Both the position numbers and the translations under genes were made by a program. The notes beneath the pieces are model-generated. The model ran no database searches. It was not told the DNA's origin and worked only from the letters and a program-made list of their open reading frames with translations. This document shows, in pieces, positions 45,425 through 57,100 of a DNA stretch of 64,000 nt (the stretch's first letter is position 1; the number at the start of each line of letters is the position of its first letter). The stretch is from Candidatus Woesearchaeota archaeon (GTDB taxonomy: Archaea > Nanobdellota > Nanobdellia > Woesearchaeales > 21-14-0-10-32-9): positions 20,280 through 84,279 of the forward strand of contig JBLKOK010000002.1 in assembly GCA_047602735.1 (NCBI GenBank), in the 5' to 3' direction.

Positions 45425-46012
45425 ATGAAAGCTTTAGTTATATATGGACATCCAAACAAAAAAGGACATAACGGTTTTATTTTAAAGAGTGTTTTAAAAA
45501 AATTAGATGAAAGACACATAGATTATAAGATGTTAGATTTATATCATATGAAATTTAATCCTGTTTTAGATGAGACAGAGCTTTATACTCAAGGAAAGAA
45601 ACCAAAAAAAGATGTTTTGAAGTACCAAAAGCTTATTCGTGAAGCTGATGAACTCATCATTATTTATCCTGTTTGGTGGAATTCTATGCCTGGCATCGTT
45701 AAAGGTTTTTTTGATAGGGTTTTAACACCTGGTTTTGCTTATTATTTTAAGCATCTTATTTTTAATCAAGGTTACCCTGTTGGTCTTTTGAAAAATAAAA
45801 CTGCTAGTGTTTTTTTGACTACTGGTAGTAATAGGTGGCTTTATAAGATTTTTACTGGTGCTCGTGCTCATAAGCAAGTTAAGCGTGATTTACTTGGTAT
45901 GACTGGTATGAAGGTTAAAGTTTTTCATCTTGATAGTTGTTTAAAATTTGATGAAAGAGCTAAGAAAAGGATCAAGGTTTTGGTTAGAAAAGCTTTTAAA
46001 AGAATTCTGTAA
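45425..46012 (+). CDS. Flavodoxin-fold NAD(P)H-dependent oxidoreductase (MdaB-like)
   Basis: IYGHP, DLYHMKFNP, YPVWWNSMPGIVKGFFDRV. Confidence 0.9.
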   Translation: MKALVIYGHPNKKGHNGFILKSVLKKLDERHIDYKMLDLYHMKFNPVLDETELYTQGKKPKKDVLKYQKLIREADELIIIYPVWWNSMPGIVKGFFDRVLTPGFAYYFKHLIFNQGYPVGLLKNKTASVFLTTGSNRWLYKIFTGARAHKQVKRDLLGMTGMKVKVFHLDSCLKFDERAKKRIKVLVRKAFKRIL

Positions 46013-46044
46013 TTTTTAGATAAATTATTTTTATTTGTTGTTTA

Positions 46045-46118
46045 GAGGTTGTGGTCTAGTTTGGTATGATACACGGCTGGGGGCCGTGTGATCGGGGGTT
46101 CAAATCCTCCCAACCTCA
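46045..46118 (+). tRNA. tRNA-Pro(GGG)
   Basis: GAGGTTG/CAACCTC acceptor, anticodon arm CACGG-CT GGG GG-CCGTG, GGTTCAAATCC. Confidence 0.93.
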
Positions 46119-46182
46119 TAATTATGGTTAAAAAATCGATTAAATAAATTATTTAAATAACGAAATAAAATATTTTGTTGTT

Positions 46183-46962
46183 ATGAATGTAGATTTAAAA
46201 AAAAGTCTTGGATCAGTTAAGAATAATTTGTTTGGCAAGGGTTTTTTTTCTTCAAATTTCAAAAATAGGATTGTTAGTAAATTAAAAAAAGGAGTTATAA
46301 CTTTTACATCCATAGTTGCTTTGACAACAAGTCTTAATTTAGAAGCTAAAGGTAATTTTTCAGATACGCTAAGAGAGCTTAAAAATATAAGCTTACAAAT
46401 TAGTTCAAATCCTCATTTATCTGAGGAGGAAAAAGATATTTTAAATAATAGAGTTGCAAATAAAACTGTTGAATTAAGTGAGAGAATTTTGAGTGAAATT
46501 AATGAATTGATAGTTGCTAAAGATTATGATAAAGCGTTAAATGATGCTGTTTTGTGGTATAAATTAGTTTCAGTATATGAAGATACGCCTTTAAAGAAAA
46601 GTATTGAAAGAATTATTTATGATATTAAAGATGTTAAATCAAGCACAAATAATGTTACTGGCAAAGAGATTAGTAAGTTAAGTTTCAATGATCTCAAGAG
46701 ATTAGATGCGTTTCAAAGAATGGACTTGATTAAGTTAATTAGTAATAATTATGATTTAACTAAAGAGTCTGAAGTTGTTAATTATTTAGCTAAGATATAT
46801 ATTTCCGGTTATCCTTTAATTGATGAGTTAGAAGAAGGAAGGTTTGTAAATATGACTTCTCATAATGTTAGGATTAGATTTAAGATAAATAACGGTACGA
46901 TTATAGGAGTTATAAATTTATCAAGGATTAATCCACAAGAATTTTATTTTAAAATAGATTGA
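46183..46962 (+). CDS. Hypothetical protein
   Basis: Long ORF, paralogous to the next gene. Confidence 0.7.
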   Translation: MNVDLKKSLGSVKNNLFGKGFFSSNFKNRIVSKLKKGVITFTSIVALTTSLNLEAKGNFSDTLRELKNISLQISSNPHLSEEEKDILNNRVANKTVELSERILSEINELIVAKDYDKALNDAVLWYKLVSVYEDTPLKKSIERIIYDIKDVKSSTNNVTGKEISKLSFNDLKRLDAFQRMDLIKLISNNYDLTKESEVVNYLAKIYISGYPLIDELEEGRFVNMTSHNVRIRFKINNGTIIGVINLSRINPQEFYFKID

Positions 46963-47007
46963 TTTTAAAAAAGTATTTAAATTAAATACCTCATAATTTT
47001 TATTAGT

Positions 47008-47772
47008 ATGAATAAAAGAGTTGTGAGAATATTAAAAGAAGTTAGTTCTAATATTTATAAAACTGGTTTTTTAAAAAAAAATTTTAATTTTAGAATACAA
47101 AATAGGTTGAATAAAGGGATTGTTACTTTGAGTTCTATTTTGAGTGTTATAAAATTTTTAGAAGAACAAGATAAAGGACATTATTCTTTGGTTTTAAATC
47201 AGTTAAAAAATTATGTATTAAAATTAGATATAGATAAAAATCTTGATAGTGAGAAACGTAAAGAACAGTATGTTAGTGTTGCTAGTTTTAGTTCTAATTT
47301 AGTTGATAAAGTTTTTTTAGAAATATCAGAATTATTAGAACAAAAAAAATATTTACTTGCTAAAAGACATATTAATAATTTCGTGCTGCTTAGTAGAGGT
47401 TTTAAAGATAAAGGTCTTGAGAAAAGTCTTTTAAAATTAAGAAAAGAAGTTAGTGAACTTGAGAGAATATCAACTTTAGGTGTTGTTAAACATAGTTTAA
47501 AAGAATTGATTAATATGAGTGATGAGGAATTAGTTAATCACATAAATAATATTTTAAATAGATTAAATAAAAAAGTTGAAGACTCTTTAGTTAAATACTT
47601 GGCTAAGGTTTATCTTAGTGCTAATAAAAATTTAAATTCTTTAGATGAAACTAAACAGTATAAGTTTAGCACTCCTGTTGCAATTGCTACTTTTAAAAAA
47701 GTAGATAGTAGTATTTTAGGGGTTATAACTTTTAAAGAAAAAGATTATGATTTTAGTTTTAATTTAGATTAA
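47008..47772 (+). CDS. Hypothetical protein (paralogue of 46183..46962)
   Basis: LNKGIVTLSSI versus LKKGVITFTSI; YLAKVYLS versus YLAKIYIS; ILGVI versus IIGVI. Confidence 0.7.
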   Translation: MNKRVVRILKEVSSNIYKTGFLKKNFNFRIQNRLNKGIVTLSSILSVIKFLEEQDKGHYSLVLNQLKNYVLKLDIDKNLDSEKRKEQYVSVASFSSNLVDKVFLEISELLEQKKYLLAKRHINNFVLLSRGFKDKGLEKSLLKLRKEVSELERISTLGVVKHSLKELINMSDEELVNHINNILNRLNKKVEDSLVKYLAKVYLSANKNLNSLDETKQYKFSTPVAIATFKKVDSSILGVITFKEKDYDFSFNLD

Positions 47773-50540
47773 AAGCTTATAGTTCTTCCTTGGAGTTTGG
47801 ATTGTTCTGTCATCTCTATTTTTATTAGTAGTTTTATTATTTCACTTGTTAGTATCGCTGTACTTCCAAGCAGTATTACTATTAGCCAATCAAATCCTGC
47901 TAGTGGCGTTGTTTGTAGTATTGATTGTCCAAAGTTTGTGTGTATACTTAAAATCAATATTATTGTACTTATTGCTATACTTGCAAAAAAGAATTTGTTT
48001 GTAAAAAATCTTTTTTGGAATATAGTAGTGTGTAGACTTCTTGCATTAAATGCGTGGAATAGTTCAAATACTACTATTGTTGCAAATGCTAGTGTTCTTG
48101 CTCTTTCTACTTCTGCTCCTCCATAGTATAGTTCCCATAAGAAGAATCCTAGTGTTAGCATTACTAGTAGTGGGCTTACTGCTGCAACTCTTAGTAATAT
48201 ATATTCACTTAGTAATTTTTCTTTTGGATCTCTTGGTTTGTATTCCATTACTTTTTTATTTGTAGGTTCGAGGCTTAAACCAAAGCTTGGTATTGTGCTT
48301 GTTATTACGTTAATAAATAATATCATTAATGCTGTTAGCGGATTTATTAAGTTAAACATAATAGCTATTAGTATTATTAGTGCTTCTGCTATGTTTATTG
48401 TAAGCATGTAGTATGTAAATCTTCTTATGTTGCTATAAATTGTTCTTCCTTCTTTTACTGCTTTTACTATTGTGCTAAATGCATCGTCCATTAGTATCAT
48501 ATTACTGCTTTCTCTTGCAACATCTGTTCCTTCAAGACCCATGCTTACTCCTATGTCTGCTTTTTTTAGTGCAGGAGCATCGTTTACTCCGTCTCCCGTC
48601 ATTGCAACTATTTCTCCTAGTCTTTGTTGACTTTTTACTATTCTTAATTTGTGATCAGGTGTGGTTCTTGCAAATATTTTTACGTTAGGCATAGCTTCAT
48701 CTAGTTCTTCATCGTTCATAGAATCTATGTCTTTTCCTTCAAGTACTAAGTCGTATTTGCTTTGTATTAGTCCAAGTTGTCTTCCTATTACTATTGCTGT
48801 TGATTTGTGATCTCCTGTTACCATAACTGTTTTTATTCCAGCAGATTTACATTCTTTGATAGCTTCTACTACGTCTTCTCTTATAGGGTCGTGTATCCCT
48901 ATCATTCCTAGGAATATGTAGTCTTTTTCTGATTTTTTTATTAGTTCTTTTTTGTTTTTTCCTTTGAAGTGTTTTATTCCAAGTCCTAATACTCTTAGGC
49001 TTTCATTTGTATAATTGTGTACGTGTTTTAGGATTTTTTGTTTTTGTTTATCTGTTAGCTTTACTATTTTTCCATGGCTGTACATATAGCTGCTTTTTTC
49101 TAGTACTTTTTCTACTGCTCCTTTTAGGTATGCCGCTGAGTTTTTTCCGTCTTCGTTTATAGATACCATATATTTTTTTGTTGAGTCAAATGGTTCTTCG
49201 TGTATTCTTTTGTTTTCTTCTCTGACTACTTCTTCGTCAAATCCTGCGCTTGCTGCAAGGCTTAGCATCGCTCCTTCTGTTGGCTCTCCTGATAATTGGT
49301 AGTTTCCTTCTTTGTTTATGATTTCTGCGTTGTTACATAGTATTGCGGTGTAGAAGAAGTCGTGTCTTTTTTGTAGTTCTTTTTTTGATATTTCTTTTCC
49401 TTTTAATTTGAAAACTGAGTTTGGTTCGTATGGCTTTCCATCAACATCTATATCGTGATCCGAGTTAAAGTTTACTTTGACTGCAAGCATCTTGTTTTGT
49501 GTTAGTGTTCCTGTTTTATCTGTGCAAATAACTGTTGTTGTTCCAAGGGTTTCTACTGAGCCCATATCTTTTATGACCGCGTTATTTTTGGCCATTCTTT
49601 TTACCCCACTAGACAGTGCCAGCGTTAGGGCTAAAGGAAATCCTTCAGGTATTGCGCTTACTGCTAGTGCTGCTACAAGTAAAAGTGCTGCAGGTGTTTC
49701 TACTCCTTTTAGTAATAATATGAAGTAAACTATTATACACAAAAATATTACTGCGTAACTTATACGATGAGTCATAGTATCTATTTTTTTTTGTAGAGGT
49801 GTTTTTTGTATTCCTATGCTTGCTAGTTTTTTGCTTATTTTTCCTATCTCAGAATTAAATCCTGTTGCAACTACTACTCCTAGTCCTGTTCCATTCATTA
49901 TACTTGTTCCAGAATAAGCTATGTTATCTGTGTCTGCTATTCCAAGTTCGTGATCTTTTAGCGGTGTTGATATTTTTCCTTTTGGAACGCTTTCTCCTGT
50001 TAGAATAGATTCGTTTATTCTAAGTCCGTTGCTTTCTATTATTCTAAGGTCTGCTGGAACTATGAGTCCTCTTTTTAGAATTACTACGTCTCCTGGTACT
50101 AGGTCTTCTGCTAGGATTTGTTTTTTGTGTCCTCCTCTTATTACTTCTACTTTTTTTGCTGTGAGTTTTGAGAGTGCTTCTACTGATTTTTCTGCTCTAA
50201 ATTCTTGTATGAAGCTAAGAAGTACTGTGAATGCTATTATTACCATTATTACGTAGAATTCTACTGGGTGTCCTAGGTAAAGTGAGATTAGTGCTGTTAC
50301 AAATAATACGTAGACTAGTATGTTGTTAAATTTTCTGATAAAAGATTTTAGTAGCTTAAATTTTTCTTTTTTTATTATGTTGTTTTTTCCGTTTTGTTCT
50401 AGTAGTTTGTGTGCTTGTTTATCTTCTAATCCTTTTTTTGAGGAGTTTGTTTCTTTTAGGACTTCGTCTACTGTTTGAATGTGCCAATAAATTTTTTTTT
50501 CGTCTTTGTATAAATTTGGTCCTTCAACTGATTTAGACAA
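47769..50540 (-). CDS. Cation-transporting P-type ATPase (type II, Ca2+-like)
   Basis: LTGES, IPEGFP, DKTGTLT, KGAVE, DPIR, MVTGD, TGDGVNDAPALKKAD. Confidence 0.95.
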   Translation of the reverse strand: MSKSVEGPNLYKDEKKIYWHIQTVDEVLKETNSSKKGLEDKQAHKLLEQNGKNNIIKKEKFKLLKSFIRKFNNILVYVLFVTALISLYLGHPVEFYVIMVIIAFTVLLSFIQEFRAEKSVEALSKLTAKKVEVIRGGHKKQILAEDLVPGDVVILKRGLIVPADLRIIESNGLRINESILTGESVPKGKISTPLKDHELGIADTDNIAYSGTSIMNGTGLGVVVATGFNSEIGKISKKLASIGIQKTPLQKKIDTMTHRISYAVIFLCIIVYFILLLKGVETPAALLLVAALAVSAIPEGFPLALTLALSSGVKRMAKNNAVIKDMGSVETLGTTTVICTDKTGTLTQNKMLAVKVNFNSDHDIDVDGKPYEPNSVFKLKGKEISKKELQKRHDFFYTAILCNNAEIINKEGNYQLSGEPTEGAMLSLAASAGFDEEVVREENKRIHEEPFDSTKKYMVSINEDGKNSAAYLKGAVEKVLEKSSYMYSHGKIVKLTDKQKQKILKHVHNYTNESLRVLGLGIKHFKGKNKKELIKKSEKDYIFLGMIGIHDPIREDVVEAIKECKSAGIKTVMVTGDHKSTAIVIGRQLGLIQSKYDLVLEGKDIDSMNDEELDEAMPNVKIFARTTPDHKLRIVKSQQRLGEIVAMTGDGVNDAPALKKADIGVSMGLEGTDVARESSNMILMDDAFSTIVKAVKEGRTIYSNIRRFTYYMLTINIAEALIILIAIMFNLINPLTALMILFINVITSTIPSFGLSLEPTNKKVMEYKPRDPKEKLLSEYILLRVAAVSPLLVMLTLGFFLWELYYGGAEVERARTLAFATIVVFELFHAFNARSLHTTIFQKRFFTNKFFFASIAISTIILILSIHTNFGQSILQTTPLAGFDWLIVILLGSTAILTSEIIKLLIKIEMTEQSKLQGRTISF

Positions 50541-50676
50541 ACTCCCACCTCAATTATAACTATATATGATTTATATATAAAAGTTTCTAGTACTCATAAT
50601 AAAATGTGTTGTAACTTTTAGTTAAATTTATATAATATATACTTTGTTTTAGGTATGTTAAAAGAGGAATTTTTAA

Positions 50677-53600
50677 ATGACTAAGATATTAAAATTAGAA
50701 CTTAAGGGATTTAAGTCCTTTGCTCAAAGAACGGAGATTCCCTTCGGAGATAATTATAATTGTGTTCTTGGACCTAATGGTTCTGGTAAGAGTAATATTT
50801 TAGATGCTGTTTGTTTTGTTTTAGGAAAGGCAGGTAGTAAGGGTTTGAGAGCTGAGAAGACTGCTAATCTTATTTATAATGGCGGTAAAACTAAGCAGCC
50901 TGCAAAGAGCGGAGAAGTTAGTATTTATTTTGATAATAAAAGTAAGATTTTTGGTGAGGAAGATATATTAAAAATAAGTAGGATTGTTAAAAGTTCTGGA
51001 CAGTCTGTTTACAAGATTAATAATGAGACTAGTACAAGGCAACAAGTTTTAGACACTCTTAGTAAAGCTAAGATTAATCCTGATGGCTATAATATTATTT
51101 TGCAAGGAGATATTGTTAGACTTGTTGAGATGAGTGGTAATGACAGGCGTCAAATTATCGAAGAGATTGCAGGTATTAATATTTATGAAGAAAAAAAGCA
51201 AAAGGCTTTAAGAGAGTTAAATAGAGTTGATGAAAAGATTGCTGAAGCAGATATTATTTTAAGCGAACGTAAGACTTATCTTAAAGAACTTAGGCAAGAT
51301 AGGGATAAAGCTTTGAAGTTTAAAGATCTTGATAATAAAATTAAAAGGAATAAGGCTACTGTTATTGAGAAGAATTTAAAGGATAAAAATAGTGAAAAAG
51401 ATAAGCTTGAAGTTTCTAAGAAGAAGCTTGATGATGAAATTTTGAGTTTTGAAGAAAAGATTAAGGAGAAAAGAGAAAAGATTTCTGTTTTAAAAGAACA
51501 AATTGATGATATTAATAATGAGATTGAAGAGAAAGGAGAAAAAGAGCAAGTTGAAATTCATAAGCAAGTTGAAAAATTAAAGGTTGATGTTGCTGTTAAT
51601 AAGCAAAGGCTTGAGAGCTTGGATGTTGAGCTTGAAAAAATTAAGAGTAGAAGAAAAGAGCTTCAAGAAAGCTTTAAAGATATTAGCGGTAAGGTTAAGA
51701 TTTTAGAGCAAAATAAAAAAGATATTAATAATAGGATAGATAATAAAACTGCTGAGCTTGATAAGGTTGAGAAAAAGATTTCTGAGTTTAAAGCTAAGAA
51801 TAATATGGATAATGCTTCTGAGCTTGATCAACAAATGGAAGCAGTTGATAAAGAGATTGAAGAGTTACAAGAAAAGATTAATTCTATGCGTGAAGAGCAG
51901 CAAGGTATTTTGAGAGAAAAAGACAGGCTTGATGCTAAACTTATGGGTATTGATGAAAAAATTGAGAAGTTGCTTAGTGCAGAAAAAGAGAATAAGGAAG
52001 GTCTTGAAAAATTAAAGCATATGAAGTCTGAGTTTAAGACTTTAACTACTGATTTAAGTAAGGCTTTAGCTGAAGATAGCAGTCTTTCTGCTCAGCAAAG
52101 TACTGCTCATAGTAAGCTTTTGAGTAAAAAAGAAAATTATTCTAGGCTAAAGGCTAAGTCTATGTCTCTTAGAGAACAAGTTGCTGGTGGTCAGGCTATA
52201 ACTGAGGTTTTGAATATGAACCTTAAAGGTGTTTATGGTATGGTTAGTGATCTTGGAAGTGTTAAGTCTGAACATAGTTTAGCTTTAGAAGTTGCTGCAG
52301 GAGGTCGTATTAAGAGCATAGTTGTTGATAGCGATGAAACTGCTGCTAAGTGTATCACTCATCTTAAAAATACTAGGAGCGGAGTTGCTAGTTTTATTCC
52401 ATTAAATAAGATTAGAGGTCAAGAAATTAATGAACAGCTTAAGAATTTTAAAGCGTCAGGAGTTATTGGTCTTGCTATTGATCTTGTTAGTTTTGAATCA
52501 AAATATCAAAAAGCTTTTGAGTTTGTTTTTGGAAATACATTAGTTGTTCAAGATATCGGTGTTGCTAGAAAGATTGGTATTGGCAAAGTTAGAATGGCTA
52601 CTTTGTCAGGTGACATCGTTGAGGTTAGTGGAGCTATGCAAGGAGGTCACAGACAAAGAAGTAGAGGAGTTGGCTTTGGTGAAAAAGAAGTTCAAGAAGA
52701 GATGGCTAAGCTTGAAAAAGAAATTAATGATCTTGAAGGCGTGGTTTCAAATGTTTCTCAAAAAAGAAATGATAATGAAGCACTTATAAGTAGACTTCGT
52801 GAGCTTAAAGCTAATTTAGAAGGAGATATTATTACGCTAGAAAAAACTCTTAGAATTGATAGTGATGATTTAAGTTCTGATAAAGATGAAAAAGAAAAAA
52901 TAGTGAACGAAGTTAAAAGTTTAGATGAAAAATTAGATGAAGTAACATTTGAGATTTCTTCAAAGAACAGAGAACTTGCAAATAAAAAAGTTGAAAAACA
53001 AAAGTATCGTGATCAAATTAGTAATCTTAGAAATCCTGCTTTACTTGCAGAACTTACTAGTTATGAACAAAAGAAAACTGAACTTCGTGAAGAAATTTCA
53101 GGTCTTAAAATGGAGATTAAGAATGCTCAAAGAGAAGCAGAAAGTATTTATGGTCCTGAACAAGAAAAGATTCAGCAAATCTTTAAGCAACTTGATAAAG
53201 AAGAAGATGGATTTTCAAAAGAAAAAGATTCTCTTATTACATTAATTAAAGAACAAGAAAAAGAGCTTAATACCAAAGAGAAATATCAAAAAGAGTTTTA
53301 TGATAAATTTAAAGGATTATTTAACAAAAGAAATGATTTGACTGATGAAATGAACAAGATTGAGAATAAGATTATGCAAGATAATGATAAGGTTAGAAAT
53401 ACCGAGATAAAAATTAATAATATTAGTATTGAGCTTGCAAAGATTAAAGCTGAGATTAGTGGATTTGAAGAAGAACAAAAACACTACGAAGGCGTGCCTA
53501 CCTATAAAGATAAACCACTTGAACAAATTAAAAAAGAGATAAATGAGTTTGAGAAAATGATGGATAACTTTGGAGCTGTTAATATGAGAGCTTTAGAGAT

Positions 53601-54159
53601 TTATGAAAAAGTTGAATCAGAATATAACAAACTTACTGATAAAAAAGATAGCTTGGTTAAAGAAAAAGAAGATGTCTTAGTTATGATTAACGAAGTTGAT
53701 AGTAAGAAGAAAGTGTTGTTTATGAAGACGTTTGATGTTGTAAATCATAATTTCAAAGAAATATTTAGTATGCTTAGCACCAAAGGAGATGCTGTTTTAG
53801 AGCTTGAAGATAAAAAAGATCCGTTTGCAGGAGGACTTAGTATTAAAGTTAGACTTAGTGGTAAGAAATTCTTAGATATTAGAAGTCTTAGTGGTGGAGA
53901 AAAAACTATGACTGCTTTAGCATTTATTTTTGCTGTTCAAGAACACGAACCAGCTGCTTTCTATGTTTTAGACGAGGTTGATGCTGCTTTAGATAAGAAG
54001 AATAGTGAGCGTTTGGCTAAACTTGTCAAGCAGTATAGTGAGAGAAGCCAGTACGTGATTATTAGTCACAACGACGGAGTTATTCAAGAAGCTGATAATT
54101 TGTATGGTATTAGTATGAATGAGCATGGTGTGAGTAAGGTTACAACTCTTAAGGTTTAA
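50677..54159 (+). CDS. smc: Chromosome segregation protein SMC
   Basis: GFKSF, GPNGSGKSN, coiled coils, hinge, LSGGE, LDEVDAALD. Confidence 0.97.
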   Translation: MTKILKLELKGFKSFAQRTEIPFGDNYNCVLGPNGSGKSNILDAVCFVLGKAGSKGLRAEKTANLIYNGGKTKQPAKSGEVSIYFDNKSKIFGEEDILKISRIVKSSGQSVYKINNETSTRQQVLDTLSKAKINPDGYNIILQGDIVRLVEMSGNDRRQIIEEIAGINIYEEKKQKALRELNRVDEKIAEADIILSERKTYLKELRQDRDKALKFKDLDNKIKRNKATVIEKNLKDKNSEKDKLEVSKKKLDDEILSFEEKIKEKREKISVLKEQIDDINNEIEEKGEKEQVEIHKQVEKLKVDVAVNKQRLESLDVELEKIKSRRKELQESFKDISGKVKILEQNKKDINNRIDNKTAELDKVEKKISEFKAKNNMDNASELDQQMEAVDKEIEELQEKINSMREEQQGILREKDRLDAKLMGIDEKIEKLLSAEKENKEGLEKLKHMKSEFKTLTTDLSKALAEDSSLSAQQSTAHSKLLSKKENYSRLKAKSMSLREQVAGGQAITEVLNMNLKGVYGMVSDLGSVKSEHSLALEVAAGGRIKSIVVDSDETAAKCITHLKNTRSGVASFIPLNKIRGQEINEQLKNFKASGVIGLAIDLVSFESKYQKAFEFVFGNTLVVQDIGVARKIGIGKVRMATLSGDIVEVSGAMQGGHRQRSRGVGFGEKEVQEEMAKLEKEINDLEGVVSNVSQKRNDNEALISRLRELKANLEGDIITLEKTLRIDSDDLSSDKDEKEKIVNEVKSLDEKLDEVTFEISSKNRELANKKVEKQKYRDQISNLRNPALLAELTSYEQKKTELREEISGLKMEIKNAQREAESIYGPEQEKIQQIFKQLDKEEDGFSKEKDSLITLIKEQEKELNTKEKYQKEFYDKFKGLFNKRNDLTDEMNKIENKIMQDNDKVRNTEIKINNISIELAKIKAEISGFEEEQKHYEGVPTYKDKPLEQIKKEINEFEKMMDNFGAVNMRALEIYEKVESEYNKLTDKKDSLVKEKEDVLVMINEVDSKKKVLFMKTFDVVNHNFKEIFSMLSTKGDAVLELEDKKDPFAGGLSIKVRLSGKKFLDIRSLSGGEKTMTALAFIFAVQEHEPAAFYVLDEVDAALDKKNSERLAKLVKQYSERSQYVIISHNDGVIQEADNLYGISMNEHGVSKVTTLKV

Positions 54160-54196
54160 GGTAAATTTTATATAGTATTAACACATATTTTTTTTA

Positions 54197-57100
54197 ATGG
54201 GTAGAGGTGTATTGGTTTTTTTAGTGTTCTTATTATTAGTTTTACCTATAGCGAGTGCAGATATAGGATTACTTGAAAGTTTAAGTACAACTGATAGCAG
54301 AGGAGAAAAAATAGACGTTTATATCAGCATTCAAAATAATGAAGGTATAAGCAGACAAGTTTCTAATCAAATAACAACAGAAAAGTTAATTGATGTATTA
54401 GATGTTTCAAATGAACAAGTCTTAAAGAGTATAAATACTATTTATGGAAGTTTTACTCAAGAACAAATAGATGTTTTGAAAAAAGATCCTTCGATTAAAA
54501 TAAGTAAGCCTATGGATATTGAGATTCGTAGATTTTTAAGTGAGAGTACTGATATAATAGGCGCCGTAGATACTAGGAACATAGTGGTTAATTCTCAAAA
54601 TATTACTGGTAAACACCAAACTGTTTGTATTATAGATGATGGTATTGATGTAGATCATCCTGATTTAAGCAATAGAATATTATACACTTATGATTTTGTA
54701 GAAAATACAACTACTATTAATTTTAAAGAAAGACATGGAACTCATGTGGCAGGAATCGTTGGTGCTAGTGGAGGAATAAACGGAACAGCTCCCGAAGTTG
54801 GTTTAATAGGTTTAGATGTTTTTTCAGGATCTAATGGAACTAACGATATTTTAATTAATAGAGCAATAGACTGGTGTATAACTAATGCACAAGACTATAA
54901 TATAAGTGTTATAAGTATGAGTCTTGGAGGAAATAAATTTAATAACACTTGTGATAACTATATACCCACAACTACTAGTTTAATAAATGCTGCTAATTCT
55001 AATAATATAAGTGTGGTTATTGCAACAAGTAATGCTAATGCTACACAAAATGCGAGCGCAGGCATTGCTTTTCCTGCATGTATAAGTGGAGCTATTAGAG
55101 TTGGTGCTAGTAGTAAAGCAGATGCAATAACTAGTTATTCATTTAGGAATGTTAATTTTTCAGATATACTTCTAGCTCCAGGAGGTACAGGTCAAGGACC
55201 TTGTACACCTAGTGGAACTCATAATGGTATTTGTTCTACTGATGTAGGCGGAGGATATTATTCTATAGTTGGTACTTCTATGGCTACTCCTCATGTTAGC
55301 GGAGTTATTGCTTTACTTCAGCAATATAATTTTAACTATGGTCTTCCTATGCTTACTCCTGCAGAAATTTTTGAAGTGTTAAATAGTACAGGTGTTTCTT
55401 TATATGACTCAGAAACTGATAAGAATTATACTCGTATTGATGCGTTTAGTGCTATTGAAGCTTTAAGCGATAATATTGAGCTAGATTTATATTTGTCAGT
55501 TAGTAATTTGACTATTAATGATAATATTACTATAATCTGGAACAGTTCTGGAAGTATTGAAACAATTTGGTTAAATATATCTAATAAAGATTTTGATATG
55601 GTGTTTAATTCTACTAATTTAAGTGGAATTGTTACTTTAGGTTATCCTATTCTTAATTTATCAGGAAGTTACAACATAACTTTTTATGCTGAAAATAATT
55701 TTGAGAATAAAATAAGAAATGCCACTTTTGAATTGTTAAAAATAACTCCAGATATTGGTTTGTTGCTTAATGGAAATAATACTAATATAAGTGTAATAGC
55801 TGAAAATGTTAGTGTTAATATATTCACTAATGAAAGTCCTAGTTCTGATTTTGATTTGTTTATTAATAATGAATTTAATTTATCTAATTCTAGTATTAAT
55901 GTTACTTATTTATTTGAGGAATTAGGAGTGTATAATATAACTGTTGTTCATAATGAATCTGAATTTTATAATGCGGTTTATGAAAGTTTATTTGTTAATC
56001 TTACTGGTTTTCCTATAACTTTAGAAATTAATAGTTCTGTTAGCGCTCTAGATTTTAGTGAAAATATTACTATAATCTGGAATGCTTCGGGTAGTATAGA
56101 TACTATTTGGTTTAACATAACTGATCCTGATGAAACAGTTATTTTTAGTTCAGAAAATATTAGTGGCGGAGTATTTTTAGATATTAATAATTTGACTATA
56201 GATGGAGTTTATAATATTACTTTGTTTGCTGAAAATAATTTAAAAACTAATATTTCAAGCGCCAGTTTTAATGTTTCTAAGATTGTTCCAAATGTTACTT
56301 TGTTGATGAATGGTAGTTTTAGTAATCTTACTTTGTTTGAAAGAGGAGATGTTAATATAACTGCGTTTGAGAATAGTAGTTATGAGCTAGATTTGTTGAT
56401 TAATAATACTTTAACTGAAACAAATAATTACATAGAACAAGTTATCTTATTTGAGCTTGGAAGCTATAATATAACTGCTAGGTTTAATGAAAACGTCACT
56501 CATCTTGGTGTTCAAGAAACACTGTTTTTAGACGTTGTTTTAGCTAATCCAAATATTACTTTTAGTTCTGATTTGAATGTTAGTATTTATGAAAATCAAA
56601 CTGTTTTATTAGATCCTGTAATTGTTGATCCTTTTAATAGAAGTCTTAGTTATGAGTGGTATTTTGATGATGTTTTGTTAGTTGATGAGAATAGTACTAA
56701 TTATTTGTTTAATGGTTCTAGTGAAGGTGTTGGGAATTATAATGTTACTTTGATTGTTATTGCTAATGAAACTAGAAACAGTAGTATTAGTTGGAATATA
56801 ACTGTTGATTATGTTCCTCCAAGTGTGTTTAATATTGTTCCTAGCCAAGGATCGGTTGTTATAAAGCAAAATAATAGTTTGGTTATGAGTGTTGATGCAA
56901 CTAATTTTTATAATGAGACTAATTTGAGTTATGAGTGGTTTGTTGATGAAGTTTTAGTTGAAGATAATTCTAGTAGTTATGAGTTTAATACTAGTAAGAG
57001 TTTTGGTGTTTATAATGTTAGTTTAGTTGTTAATAATTCGTTTGCCGTTAGTGTTGTTAATTGGACTGTTGAGGTTGTTGATAATCGTCCTCCAGAATTT

